Below are positions 20,443 to 29,342 of a DNA stretch of 64,000 nucleotides, piece after piece (within the stretch, counting starts at the first letter, position 1; each line of letters opens with the position of its first letter). A model generated the notes under the pieces. The model made no database searches. It saw nothing but the letters and a program-made list of their open reading frames with translations, and was not told where the DNA came from. This stretch comes from Eubacterium sp. (GTDB lineage: Bacteria > Bacillota > Clostridia > Lachnospirales > Lachnospiraceae), in NCBI GenBank assembly GCA_047242425.1, contig JBKTKJ010000001.1, forward strand, positions 1,529,120-1,593,119. The letters run 5' to 3'. A program made the translations under genes and the position numbers.

Positions 20443-22695
20443 CTATTCTATATTTTTCAATGCCTGATCCATTGGAATTTTCTTTATCTTTCTAAACTGC
20501 AGCAGTGCAACCACAATATATGCAGCCATTCCCATTGCAAACATTTCTCCATAAATTGTGGGTTTTATATAAAAAGTAAGCCACCCGCTATATTCTTTCA
20601 TCATCAGCACATAAATCCAATCTATTACTTCCGTTGCTATAACAAAGCTTAAAGCAATCGAGATAATCACAACCCACGTAGTTGCCAACAGATATAATCT
20701 GCTGATTTCTCCATTATTATATCCTAATATCTTAACCATTGAAATAGATGTTGTATTCTTTTCTATAATCAGTTTCGTTAAGAGATAAATAAGAAGGGCA
20801 AATAAAACTATGGCAAAAACATTTATCATATAAAACATTTTGCCCATAGATACCGTAAGCTGTCTTGATGTTTTTGTCAAATCGTCCTTTGTAATGCAGG
20901 TCTGTATATAATTTTCATCGATATCCAGCTTTTTATCTGTAAAATATCCATTATAAAAATTCTTATCCAGATCAAACGTGTCACAGAATGTCTTTTTTGA
21001 CATAAACACACATAATGCTGCCGGATAGTCTACAAATCCCTTAATTTTAAATTTGTATTTTTTATTTCCATAACATTCTTTCAGTGTGATAGTATCACCA
21101 ATATCAAATCTGTATTTTTCGGCAAAACCCTCCGAAACATAAAACCCGCCAGAAACATTCCTGTCTAAATATCTGCTGTTATCATCAATACCATAAACGC
21201 TTATTTCCTCACCATTAAACTCATTTTCTATTTCCAAATTAGTCACGCAGTATTTTTCGGCAGTTTTCTCTTCCACATCCAAGGGGGTTTTCAGAATATA
21301 TTGATATTTCGCCAGCATATTATCAATAATGTCATCCTGATATTTTGACAAAAGCGGAGCCATCATCATTCCAAACAAAAGCAATATATTGGCAAATACA
21401 ATTCCTAGGAACAGTGTAATATAACCTGCCTTATTTTGAAAAATAATCCTTAATCGAAAACGGCTTAGAAACTTGAAATCAGGCAGTCTAACTGCTTTTT
21501 TTCGTTTGTTCCTGCTTAAATCATGACGAATGAACTGTAACGGCGACAAAGACAGTTTATTGACTAAGGAAACCACATTGGTCACAAACATAATAATCAT
21601 AGGAACTACTGTTGTCAAAAGAAAAGCTTCTCCATTCCATATTGTCTCATATGTCGGCAGACTGTAACTTCCATAATACATTGATACCACCATATATTTA
21701 AAAACTGTATATCCTAAAATGTTTCCTGTTAATGCTGCCAGCAAAGACACAATCATAGGCATAGCAAGATAATGCTTTAACAGTTCTTTTTTTGTATAAC
21801 CTGATGCCCGGAGCGTCCCAATGGCAGCCGCTTCCTTAACAATTGTATGATTGATGGTTACTGCAAAAACAAACGCCAATATTACTACAAGAATGTATAA
21901 AAGAACTATCATCATGGTTCTGTCTCCCCCAATGTCATCTCCTGTAAACTGTATCGCCATGTTCGAATATCTTGGCACATATACATTTATCACTGCGTAT
22001 GATGCCACTGTTTCCATAAAATCATCGGACAGCTTTTTCTCTTTATTTTCATTTTCAGGACTATTATTATAAATCCAGGAATAGCTGTAATGAATCTTAT
22101 GTTCGAAAGTTTCAAAACCATCATCCGTCATCACACCAACACCAAATTTTACAGCATCAAACATCATGTCGCTGTTATCAGAAAACAGTGCGCTATAATC
22201 CGACAATGCTACCAATCCTGTCACTTTCAGTTTTTTGCCGCCCACTTCGATATAATCATTTACGTTTACCTTATTATTGTCCGCATACATTCTGTCAATG
22301 GCAATTTCATTTTCCTTTTTCGGGAATTCTCCCTCCATAAGACATACTTTATTTATGCTTTTGCGGTTTTTGAAAATACGCATCGTACTATTTGTTTTAC
22401 CATTCAGATTTGTATCCGTATCCATATCCATGTAGAAATCAGAATAAATTTTTACATTATCTTTCTCCAGTTTCTTTATCAGATCCGAATCTGCCTCTGT
22501 CTCAAGTACAAAATGTCCATCTTCTATATTGTATTTTTCAAAACTATTATCGTATGCAGTCTTCATGCTTCCACCTGCCACCAGAAAACCTGATACAAAT
22601 CCAATGGTTAGAGTCATGAATAAAAAAATCACCAGATATTTTCCAAAATCACTTTTTAATTCCCGGGGTAACCTCTTATTTAATGGATTTTTCAT
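20443..22695 (-). CDS. ABC transporter permease, double FtsX/MacB-type
   Basis: ORF track 20443..22773. ATG at 22693-22695 (MKNPLNKRLPRELK) has a GGGGGG SD and sits 13 nt after the ATPase stop. Two repeats of TM + large extracytoplasmic loop + 3 TM. Confidence 0.85.
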   Translation of the reverse strand: MKNPLNKRLPRELKSDFGKYLVIFLFMTLTIGFVSGFLVAGGSMKTAYDNSFEKYNIEDGHFVLETEADSDLIKKLEKDNVKIYSDFYMDMDTDTNLNGKTNSTMRIFKNRKSINKVCLMEGEFPKKENEIAIDRMYADNNKVNVNDYIEVGGKKLKVTGLVALSDYSALFSDNSDMMFDAVKFGVGVMTDDGFETFEHKIHYSYSWIYNNSPENENKEKKLSDDFMETVASYAVINVYVPRYSNMAIQFTGDDIGGDRTMMIVLLYILVVILAFVFAVTINHTIVKEAAAIGTLRASGYTKKELLKHYLAMPMIVSLLAALTGNILGYTVFKYMVVSMYYGSYSLPTYETIWNGEAFLLTTVVPMIIMFVTNVVSLVNKLSLSPLQFIRHDLSRNKRKKAVRLPDFKFLSRFRLRIIFQNKAGYITLFLGIVFANILLLFGMMMAPLLSKYQDDIIDNMLAKYQYILKTPLDVEEKTAEKYCVTNLEIENEFNGEEISVYGIDDNSRYLDRNVSGGFYVSEGFAEKYRFDIGDTITLKECYGNKKYKFKIKGFVDYPAALCVFMSKKTFCDTFDLDKNFYNGYFTDKKLDIDENYIQTCITKDDLTKTSRQLTVSMGKMFYMINVFAIVLFALLIYLLTKLIIEKNTTSISMVKILGYNNGEISRLYLLATTWVVIISIALSFVIATEVIDWIYVLMMKEYSGWLTFYIKPTIYGEMFAMGMAAYIVVALLQFRKIKKIPMDQALKNIE

Positions 22696-22708
22696 AAATA
22701 ATCCCCCC

Positions 22709-23407
22709 TTACCAGTCAAGCTCAGCGGCAGAAATTTTTGCTTCGTTTTTAAAATCTTTACGGATTTTTCCATCTTTTAATTTAATTACTTTGTCTGCCA
22801 TATTCTTTATAGCATCATTATGAGTAACCATAATGACTGTATTCCCATACTTTTTATTTACGTCCTCAATCAATTTTAAAATTTCTTTGGAAGTATTATA
22901 ATCAAGAGCACCTGTAGGCTCATCACATAAAAGTATATCCGGATTCTTAACAATGGCACGCCCTATGGCTGTTCTTTGCTGCTGTCCACCGGACAACTGA
23001 TTCGGAAGCTTGTGTCTGTGTTCGTACAAGCCGAGAGTTTTCAATAGCTCATTGATTTCCAACGGGTTATCACTTAAGTAAGCTCCTACCTCTATGTTTT
23101 CCTTTACATTAAGATTGGGAATAAGATTATACATTTGAAACACATATCCTAAATGCTTTCTTCTGTAATTTGTCAGTTCTTTTTCTTTCATATCCGCAGT
23201 TTTTTCTCCGTTAATGGAAATATAACCACTGTCCGCCGAATCAATTCCTCCTATTATATTTAGTAAAGTGGACTTTCCAGAGCCTGATGGACCTAAAAGT
23301 ACGCAAATTTCTCCTTGCTCCACCTGAAAACTTATTTCTTTTAAAACCTCTACTCTATTATCATCAGTCCCAAAAATCTTCTTTAATTTTTTAATTTCAA
23401 GAAACAT
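22709..23407 (-). CDS. ABC transporter ATP-binding protein (MacB/LolD type)
   Basis: 232 aa. Walker [10 protein letters not shown], signature LSGGQQQR, Walker B ILLCDEPTGALD. Confidence 0.93.
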   Translation of the reverse strand: MFLEIKKLKKIFGTDDNRVEVLKEISFQVEQGEICVLLGPSGSGKSTLLNIIGGIDSADSGYISINGEKTADMKEKELTNYRRKHLGYVFQMYNLIPNLNVKENIEVGAYLSDNPLEINELLKTLGLYEHRHKLPNQLSGGQQQRTAIGRAIVKNPDILLCDEPTGALDYNTSKEILKLIEDVNKKYGNTVIMVTHNDAIKNMADKVIKLKDGKIRKDFKNEAKISAAELDW

Positions 23408-23436
23408 ATTTCTCCCTTTCGTTATCTGATTGGAAA

Positions 23437-23799
23437 CTAATTTATACTTTTTACGGAAACAACCTTATATCCCATGCTTTCAACCGTAGATTTTAACAAT
23501 TCATCGGATTTTGCTTCCCCAAGTTTCACAATTGCCTTTTTCTCTTTTAACTTAACCTTTGCATTTACCTGATTAAGAGAATTTAATCTGTTTTCAATTC
23601 GCTTTCGACAGTTATCGCAAGTCATTCCTTCAATCAAAATTTCTTTTGTTTCCAGAACCTCTTTTATATGCTGTTTTTTTACTTTAATTTCAGAGCCGCC
23701 GCCACAACAGCCTCCCTCACCTTTAAAATGTTTTCTGGAATTTACAATGGCAAAAATCACACAAATTACCAGAATCCCAATAACAATATATGTACCCAT
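23437..23799 (-). CDS. membrane-anchored heavy-metal-associated (HMA) domain protein with GGCCGGG linker
   Basis: ORF track 23437..23808 starts at GTG. ATG at 23797-23799 (MGTYIVIG) has AGGAG 8 nt upstream. One N-terminal TM, basic stretch, GEGGCCGGG, then HMA fold with GMTCDNC. Confidence 0.8.
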   Translation of the reverse strand: MGTYIVIGILVICVIFAIVNSRKHFKGEGGCCGGGSEIKVKKQHIKEVLETKEILIEGMTCDNCRKRIENRLNSLNQVNAKVKLKEKKAIVKLGEAKSDELLKSTVESMGYKVVSVKSIN

Positions 23800-23931
23800 A
23801 AAAAGCACTCCTTTCCTTTACATATTGTCATTTTATTATTTTCTGCAATATCTGCTGTGAAAAAGCGGAGAAAAAACATTACAGACAAGCAAAAGTTTTT
23901 CCGGTGTTTTTCTATGGTAAACAGCAGATAC

Positions 23932-23963
23932 AAAAGAAAAGGACAAACCATAGAGGTTTGCCC
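23932..23963 (-). terminator. terminator ending the feo operon
   Basis: Minus-strand GGGCAAACC-ucuau-GGUUUGUCC (one G-U pair) followed by UUUUCUUUUG, 9 nt after the small Cys-rich ORF stop. Confidence 0.7.
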
Positions 23964-23971
23964 TTAGCGGA

Positions 23972-24121
23972 TTAATGACAATGTCCTCCGCAATGTTTAC
24001 AATCACCACCACACTGGAGGGATTTGCCTTTTTTCTTATCATTTATCATGCTTCTAACAACAAGACACACGACGAAAATCAATATTAACAATACTATAAA
24101 TGTACCTACATATTTTTCCAT
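23972..24121 (-). CDS. FeoB-associated Cys-rich membrane protein (49 aa, missed by ORF track)
   Basis: Hand translation of the minus strand: MEKYVGTFIVLLILIFVVCLVVRSMINDKKKGKSLQCGGDCKHCGGHCH-stop. GGAGG 6 nt upstream of the ATG. TM + basic + Cys/Gly/His tail, downstream of feoB. Confidence 0.75.
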   Translation of the reverse strand: MEKYVGTFIVLLILIFVVCLVVRSMINDKKKGKSLQCGGDCKHCGGHCH

Positions 24122-24281
24122 AAATACCTCCATATGTTCTGTAAAAGCGGAGACCTTTTGCCCATAAAGATCTCCCTTTTACGCTTTGTTTCTGCGAATC
24201 AGCATTGCCCTTTGCCTTATTCGCATATACATTCAGATGATTAATTATATAATATTAAATGGCTTACTTTATATAATGTGA

Positions 24282-26675
24282 TTAATTTTTTGCTTTTTTC
24301 AATCCAACACTTAATGTGTTGCTTTCTTTATATGGTCTGAATAACAAATATATTACTGCAAGCAGAAGAATAAATGCAACTACAGTCCATACGCTGAACA
24401 CACCTGTAAACAACAATCCAATGTTGTATACGCAAAGTGCAGCAATATAAGCAAATACACACTGATATGCTATTGCAAATGCTGTCCACTTACCATTGTT
24501 CATCTCTCTCTTTATTGCACCCATAGCTGCAAAACATGGTGCACAAAGAAGGTTGAAAATCAGGAATGAATAAGCGGCAAGTTTTGTCATGCCCTCAAAA
24601 TCTAAGACACCAAATACACCGACAACTTCTTCTTTTGCAACAAGTCCCATAATTGTTGCAATTGTTGCTTTAATATTATCAAATCCCAAAGGAATAAATA
24701 TCCATTTAATGCCTTTTCCAATATATCCGAGTACACTGTCTTCCAAATCAATATCAGGATTGAATCCGAAGGAGCCGTCTGTCACTCCGAATGTTGAGCC
24801 AAGCCAGATTATGATGGATGAAAGAAGGATAATTGTTCCCGCTTTCTTTATAAATGACCATCCACGTTCCCACATGCTTCTAAGTACAGCGCCTACAGTA
24901 GGAAGGTGATATGCAGGTAATTCCATAACAAACGGTGCCGGATCTCCTGCAAACATTTTTGTTTTCTTTAAAATTATACCGGAAATAACAATTGCTGCAA
25001 CTCCGACAAAATATGCACTTGGAGCAACCCACCATGCGCCATCAAATAACGCAGTGGCAATCATTGCAATAATCGGCAACTTAGCACCACAAGGAATAAA
25101 TGTCGTTGTCATAATTGTCATTTTACGATCTCTGTCATTTTCAATCGTTCTCGATGCCATTACACCAGGAACACCACATCCGCTGCCAATCAGCATTGGG
25201 ATAAAAGATTTTCCCGAAAGACCAAAACGACGGAAAATACGGTCCATGATAAAAGCAACACGTGCCATATATCCACAAGCTTCAAGGAATCCAAGGAATA
25301 TAAACAATACCAGCATCTGAGGAACGAATCCAAGTACAGCACCTACACCGCCTACAATACCGTCTAGTATCAATCCCTTTAACCAATCTGCACAATTTAT
25401 TGCATCTAATCCGCTTTCTACAATGACAGGAACGCCCGGAACCCAGACACCGTAATCTGCCGGATCAGGTACTTCTTCCAACGCTTCATCTACCAGCGGA
25501 GCAATATCATAACCTTCTTCTGCAAGAGATTCTCCATAAGATCCGTACGCTTCATCAAAAGCGCCAAAATCTTCATCTTCAATAGCTCCCAACACATCAT
25601 CTGCACCAATAACGCCTTTGTCAGCAGCTTTCTGTACGGTTACTTTTACATCATCAATGAAAATATTCTCTTTTGCGTATTCTTCAGTGGCATCATCAAA
25701 ATCGCTTCTGCCTACGCCTGCAAGATACCAGCCATCTCCAAAAAGTCCATCATTTGTCCAGTCTGTTACCAAAGTACCTACAGTAGTTACTGAGATATAA
25801 TACACAATGATCATAACTACCGCAAATATTGGCAGTGCCAAAAATCTGTTTGTAACAACACGATCGATTTTATCAGATGTTGTTAACTTTTCTTTTTTAT
25901 TTTTTGTATAGCATTCCTTGATAATGGATGAAATGTATACATATCTTTCGTTGGTAATAATACTTTCCGTATCATCATCAAAACTATCTTCCAGCGCCTT
26001 GATTTGTTTTGAAACATCAGGAACATTGGTCATTTGCTGTGAAATTTTGTCATCTTTTTCTAACAACTTAACAGCAAAAAATCTTTTCTGTTCTTCTGCA
26101 ACATCTGTTCCCAGAAGATTTTCAACTGCTTTAATCGCATCTTCAACCTCTTGTGTGAACTTATGAACAACCACATTTGTTTTCTTGCTTTCAGCAAGTT
26201 TAACTGCCTTATCAGCCAGTTGCTTGATTCCGTTCCCTTTAAGAGCAGAAATCTCCACAACTTCACATCCTAATTTTTCGCTCAATTTCTTAATATGTAT
26301 TTTATCGCCGTTTTTTTCAACCACATCCATCATGTTCACTGCCATGATCACAGGAATACCAAGCTCCATAACCTGTGTAGACAGATATAAGTTTCTTTCA
26401 ATATTTGTACCATCAACTATATTAATAATAGCATCCGGCTTTTCGTTAATTAAATAATTTCTTGCAACCACTTCTTCAAGAGTATATGGTGACAAAGAAT
26501 AAATACCTGGCAAATCCATTAAAGATACATCTTTATATCCTTTTAATTTACCCTCTTTTTTCTCCACTGTAACACCAGGCCAGTTTCCAACAAACTGATT
26601 GGAGCCGGTCAGGGCATTAAATAATGTTGTTTTACCGCAGTTTGGATTACCTGCTAACGCAATTTTTGTTGACAT
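24282..26675 (-). CDS. feoB: ferrous iron transport protein B
   Basis: 797 aa. N-terminal G-domain (IALAGNPNCGKTTLFN, DLPGIYS), polytopic C-terminal gate domains. Confidence 0.96.
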   Translation of the reverse strand: MSTKIALAGNPNCGKTTLFNALTGSNQFVGNWPGVTVEKKEGKLKGYKDVSLMDLPGIYSLSPYTLEEVVARNYLINEKPDAIINIVDGTNIERNLYLSTQVMELGIPVIMAVNMMDVVEKNGDKIHIKKLSEKLGCEVVEISALKGNGIKQLADKAVKLAESKKTNVVVHKFTQEVEDAIKAVENLLGTDVAEEQKRFFAVKLLEKDDKISQQMTNVPDVSKQIKALEDSFDDDTESIITNERYVYISSIIKECYTKNKKEKLTTSDKIDRVVTNRFLALPIFAVVMIIVYYISVTTVGTLVTDWTNDGLFGDGWYLAGVGRSDFDDATEEYAKENIFIDDVKVTVQKAADKGVIGADDVLGAIEDEDFGAFDEAYGSYGESLAEEGYDIAPLVDEALEEVPDPADYGVWVPGVPVIVESGLDAINCADWLKGLILDGIVGGVGAVLGFVPQMLVLFIFLGFLEACGYMARVAFIMDRIFRRFGLSGKSFIPMLIGSGCGVPGVMASRTIENDRDRKMTIMTTTFIPCGAKLPIIAMIATALFDGAWWVAPSAYFVGVAAIVISGIILKKTKMFAGDPAPFVMELPAYHLPTVGAVLRSMWERGWSFIKKAGTIILLSSIIIWLGSTFGVTDGSFGFNPDIDLEDSVLGYIGKGIKWIFIPLGFDNIKATIATIMGLVAKEEVVGVFGVLDFEGMTKLAAYSFLIFNLLCAPCFAAMGAIKREMNNGKWTAFAIAYQCVFAYIAALCVYNIGLLFTGVFSVWTVVAFILLLAVIYLLFRPYKESNTLSVGLKKAKN

Positions 26676-26717
26676 TTTCTTTTCCTTTCTTGTTTCGTTT
26701 GTTTTTGCTACCTTTAG

Positions 26718-26733
26718 TTAGTAATATCTAACC
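26718..26733 (-). promoter_or_regulatory. candidate DtxR-family operator copy 2 (feoA-feoB intergenic)
   Basis: Plus TTAGTAATATCTAACC, minus GGTTAGATATTACTAA. 12 of 16 identical to the site at 27328-27343 and carries the GGTTAG half-site of the DtxR/IdeR box. Confidence 0.35.
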
Positions 26734-26783
26734 TTTGGAGCAAAAAAATTATTGAGAAAAAGCTATTCGCTCCCCTTTACAGA

Positions 26784-27005
26784 TTATTCTACTACAATCA
26801 TCTCAGCATCCGCTTTTCTGAGGGATAATTCATAACCTCTAACAGTTACTTCCACCGGATCTCCCAACGGTGCAACTTTTCTCACATAGATTTCAACTCC
26901 TTTAGTAATCCCCATGTCCATTATTCTTCTCTTTACCGGGCCTTCACCTGTTAATTTCGTAACAACTACAGTCTGACCGCAGGCAATTTCCTTTAGCGTT
27001 TTCAT
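26784..27005 (-). CDS. feoA: FeoA family protein
   Basis: 73 aa SH3-like FeoA (VVVTKLTGEGPVKRRIMDMGITKGVEI). Confidence 0.9.
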   Translation of the reverse strand: MKTLKEIACGQTVVVTKLTGEGPVKRRIMDMGITKGVEIYVRKVAPLGDPVEVTVRGYELSLRKADAEMIVVE

Positions 27006-27068
27006 AAAACACTCCTCTCTTTTATTTTTATCGGAACTATGTTCACATATAACTAGTAAATGTTATTG

Positions 27069-27281
27069 CTAAACCATAATTCTGTTAGCCATATCTTTTC
27101 CTATAGCCACTCTGGAATCTTTGATGTTGACAATAAGATTTCCACCTGTCCGGGAAATGACTGTCACTTCTCCGCCAGAGACAAAACCAAGATTCTCAAG
27201 AAATCTTCTTGTTTCCTCTTTACCGCCTACTTTTTTAATAATATTAGACTCTCCTTCTCTTACCATCGTCAAAGGCATCAT
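27069..27281 (-). CDS. feoA: FeoA family protein
   Basis: 70 aa FeoA (IIKKVGGKEETRRFLENLGFVSGGEVTVI). First gene of the feo operon. Confidence 0.9.
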   Translation of the reverse strand: MMPLTMVREGESNIIKKVGGKEETRRFLENLGFVSGGEVTVISRTGGNLIVNIKDSRVAIGKDMANRIMV

Positions 27282-27327
27282 ATCATCCTCTTTTCTTTAT
27301 AGTATGCAAGGTTTCTTCCTTCGGCAA

Positions 27328-27343
27328 TTAGTATATCCTAACC
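27328..27343 (-). promoter_or_regulatory. candidate DtxR-family operator copy 1, overlapping the feo promoter -10
   Basis: Plus TTAGTATATCCTAACC, minus GGTTAGGATATACTAA. About 13 of 19 positions match TTAGGTTAGGCTAACCTAA when aligned by hand. Overlaps the TATACT -10. Confidence 0.45.
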
Positions 27344-27358
27344 ATCATTAGATGTCAA
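27330..27358 (-). promoter_or_regulatory. sigma-A promoter of the feoA-feoA-feoB operon
   Basis: Minus strand TTGACA-17 nt-TATACT (plus tgtcaa 27353-27358, agtata 27330-27335). Confidence 0.6.
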
Positions 27359-27405
27359 TAACATTTTTGAGTTTTTTCTAACTATTTTCTATAAAATTTA
27401 TTAAA

Positions 27406-27434
27406 TTGAATATTCGCCAAATACGTGATATACT
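27406..27434 (+). promoter_or_regulatory. sigma-A promoter of the DtxR-family regulator gene
   Basis: TTGAAT-17 nt-TATACT, 34 nt upstream of the ATG at 27468. Confidence 0.55.
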
Positions 27435-27467
27435 ATCATAAAATAACGAATTAGGACGGTAACATAT

Positions 27468-27833
27468 ATGACAACGAACGAATCTGCTGAAAACTATTTA
27501 GAAACAATACTGATATTAAGCAAAAAACTTCCTGTTGTCCGCTCGGTTGATATCGCCAATGAACTGGGATACAAAAAATCCAGTGTCAGCGTTGCCATGA
27601 AAAATCTAAGAGCAAAAAATCAGATTACTGTAACAGATGCTGGTTTTATTTACTTAACCGATGCCGGAAAGGAAATTGCCGAAATGATTTATGAACGCCA
27701 TGAATTTCTCTCCGCTTACCTTGAAAAACTTGGTGTTCCGAAAGAAATCGCGGCACAGGATGCCTGCCGTATTGAACATGTTATAAGTAAAGAAAGTTTT
27801 GAAGCAATTAAAAACCATATTAAATTAAAGTAA
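27468..27833 (+). CDS. DtxR/MntR family metal-dependent transcriptional regulator (short form)
   Basis: 121 aa. ENYLETILILS..., wHTH (VRSVDIANELGYKKSSVSVAMKNL), dimerisation helix with ERHEFL...IEH metal ligand context. Divergent from the feo operon. Confidence 0.88.
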   Translation: MTTNESAENYLETILILSKKLPVVRSVDIANELGYKKSSVSVAMKNLRAKNQITVTDAGFIYLTDAGKEIAEMIYERHEFLSAYLEKLGVPKEIAAQDACRIEHVISKESFEAIKNHIKLK

Positions 27834-27864
27834 AAACACCTGAGCATTGTTCTCAGGTGTTTTT
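27832..27864. terminator. bidirectional terminator (regulator / spoIIIAH convergent)
   Basis: aaaaacacctgag-cattgtt-ctcaggtgttttt, 9-bp stem flanked by A-run and T-run. Confidence 0.75.
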
Positions 27865-27878
27865 ATACATTGTATCCA

Positions 27879-28493
27879 TCAGTTATCACTGGTTGGAGTA
27901 ATTGTAATATTATCTGCTGTAAATCCCGTCTTTCTCTTAATTACATCTTCAATCTGTGCACGTTTACTGTCATCTACTTCTTTGCTGCTAATAATTACAT
28001 CTGCCTGGTCTTCGCTTAATGTTACCACTACATCACTAAATCCCTTTGCCTTCAGAAGCGTCTCAATATTATTTTCCGTTTCACATCTATCCGTAATCTG
28101 AGTCATCGATTTAACAGCTTTTTTCTTTTCACTGTCATTGACCGCCTCATTATTAATGACTTCCATTAATGTTTCTTTATTTTTAGAACGGGTCTGCTCT
28201 CTGTCAAGGCGTGCCTGCACCATAAACGAACTTAAGGAAGTCCCATTCGTAAGCACCGCAGCACCAGGTTCTTCTGTCGTATCCTGAACCGTCTCTTTTT
28301 CTTCTCCGTCAAGACTTTCAATATCCCCGGTTCCCGACACCAGGTCATCATTGGAATAAACTGCGTCATATGTATCATTATTTACTTCTTTTGCCTTTTC
28401 ATTTTTGTCTGCATAATTCAAATATCCTGCCACTGCAATTAATACCGCCAGCAACGTGACAATCACCTGATTCTTCTTAAATATTTTTCTCAT
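27879..28493 (-). CDS. spoIIIAH: stage III sporulation protein AH
   Basis: 204 aa. N-terminal TM, ARLDREQTRSKNKETL, C-terminal LLKAKGFSDVVVTL YscJ/FliF-like region. Last gene of the operon. Confidence 0.9.
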   Translation of the reverse strand: MRKIFKKNQVIVTLLAVLIAVAGYLNYADKNEKAKEVNNDTYDAVYSNDDLVSGTGDIESLDGEEKETVQDTTEEPGAAVLTNGTSLSSFMVQARLDREQTRSKNKETLMEVINNEAVNDSEKKKAVKSMTQITDRCETENNIETLLKAKGFSDVVVTLSEDQADVIISSKEVDDSKRAQIEDVIKRKTGFTADNITITPTSDN

Positions 28494-28504
28494 ATTCCCT
28501 CCGT

Positions 28505-29068
28505 TTAATTAATCTCTAATACTGATATTTTATGCACCGGAACATTAAACAATGCCGCAAGTGTGTTAATTATTTCTTCTTTATTTTTATTATTTCCCAC
28601 GCCCTTTGCTGCGACAGCAATCCCTTCTATTTCCGGATATTTTTCTTTTATTACATAAGGTTCTTCATCTCCATTTTGATTAAATATGACTGTTGTCTTT
28701 TTTACGGTATTGCTGCTTTCGGTATCACTACCGCTTTTTTTATCCGATGCAGAATTTTCACTGTCTTCCTGCACAACCTTTTCTGTTCCCGTCTTTAGCG
28801 TAATAATTACAGTAACATCTGATATTCCCCTGACACTTTCTACCAGCCGCTTTACCTTTCTCTCCATTTGCGACTGATAAGACTCTTCATTGCTTACGGT
28901 CCTGGTCGTAACTTCTTCCTTGTCCTCACTGTCACCTACACTTTCAAAATATGATGCCCCAATTAACAATATTCCCGCCAATGCCAAAAGCAGGATTTTT
29001 TCTTTTCCAATATTTTTATTCTTCATTGTGTCCAGTAGTTTCTTTATATCCATCGCTGATCCTTTCAT
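28505..29068 (-). CDS. spoIIIAG: stage III sporulation protein AG
   Basis: 187 aa. TM then C-terminal YPEIEGIAVAAKGVGN...VPVHKISVLEI. Alternative ATG starts at 29053 and 29026; the 29068 start overlaps spoIIIAF. Confidence 0.88.
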   Translation of the reverse strand: MKGSAMDIKKLLDTMKNKNIGKEKILLLALAGILLIGASYFESVGDSEDKEEVTTRTVSNEESYQSQMERKVKRLVESVRGISDVTVIITLKTGTEKVVQEDSENSASDKKSGSDTESSNTVKKTTVIFNQNGDEEPYVIKEKYPEIEGIAVAAKGVGNNKNKEEIINTLAALFNVPVHKISVLEIN

Positions 29069-29330
29069 ACATTTTTGTCTCCAGATCCATCATATTATTC
29101 TTCAGATCAATTTCATAAGAGCCGTGAGCGTATCCGGAAATTATTTTATTTATATCTACTTTTATTTTTTTCAATTTAACTATAGGATTAAAAATTAATG
29201 CCATAAGTAATAATCCTACAAACAATTTTATATACTTTTTATACTGCCTGTCCGGAAAAATATTGAGTATCAAAGTGGTCACTAACATAAAAACACATAT
29301 ATTTTTAATATAATTATATATAAATTCCAT
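29016..29330 (-). CDS. spoIIIAF: stage III sporulation protein AF
   Basis: 104 aa, two N-terminal TM helices (MEFIYNYIKNICVFMLVTTLILNIFP...). Operon position. Confidence 0.85.
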   Translation of the reverse strand: MEFIYNYIKNICVFMLVTTLILNIFPDRQYKKYIKLFVGLLLMALIFNPIVKLKKIKVDINKIISGYAHGSYEIDLKNNMMDLETKMYERISDGYKETTGHNEE

Positions 29331-29342
29331 ATATTCTCTCCA

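Noticed and set aside
22090-22593. 167-aa plus-strand ORF inside the ABC permease gene
   Set aside because: Antisense artefact; the permease frame is continuous and well supported.
24106-24165. 19-codon minus-strand uORF (MGKRSPLLQNIWRYLWKNM) with an AAGGGAG SD, overlapping the start of the FeoB-associated small gene
   Set aside because: Too short and unsupported. It may be a chance frame in the feoB-to-small-gene spacer.
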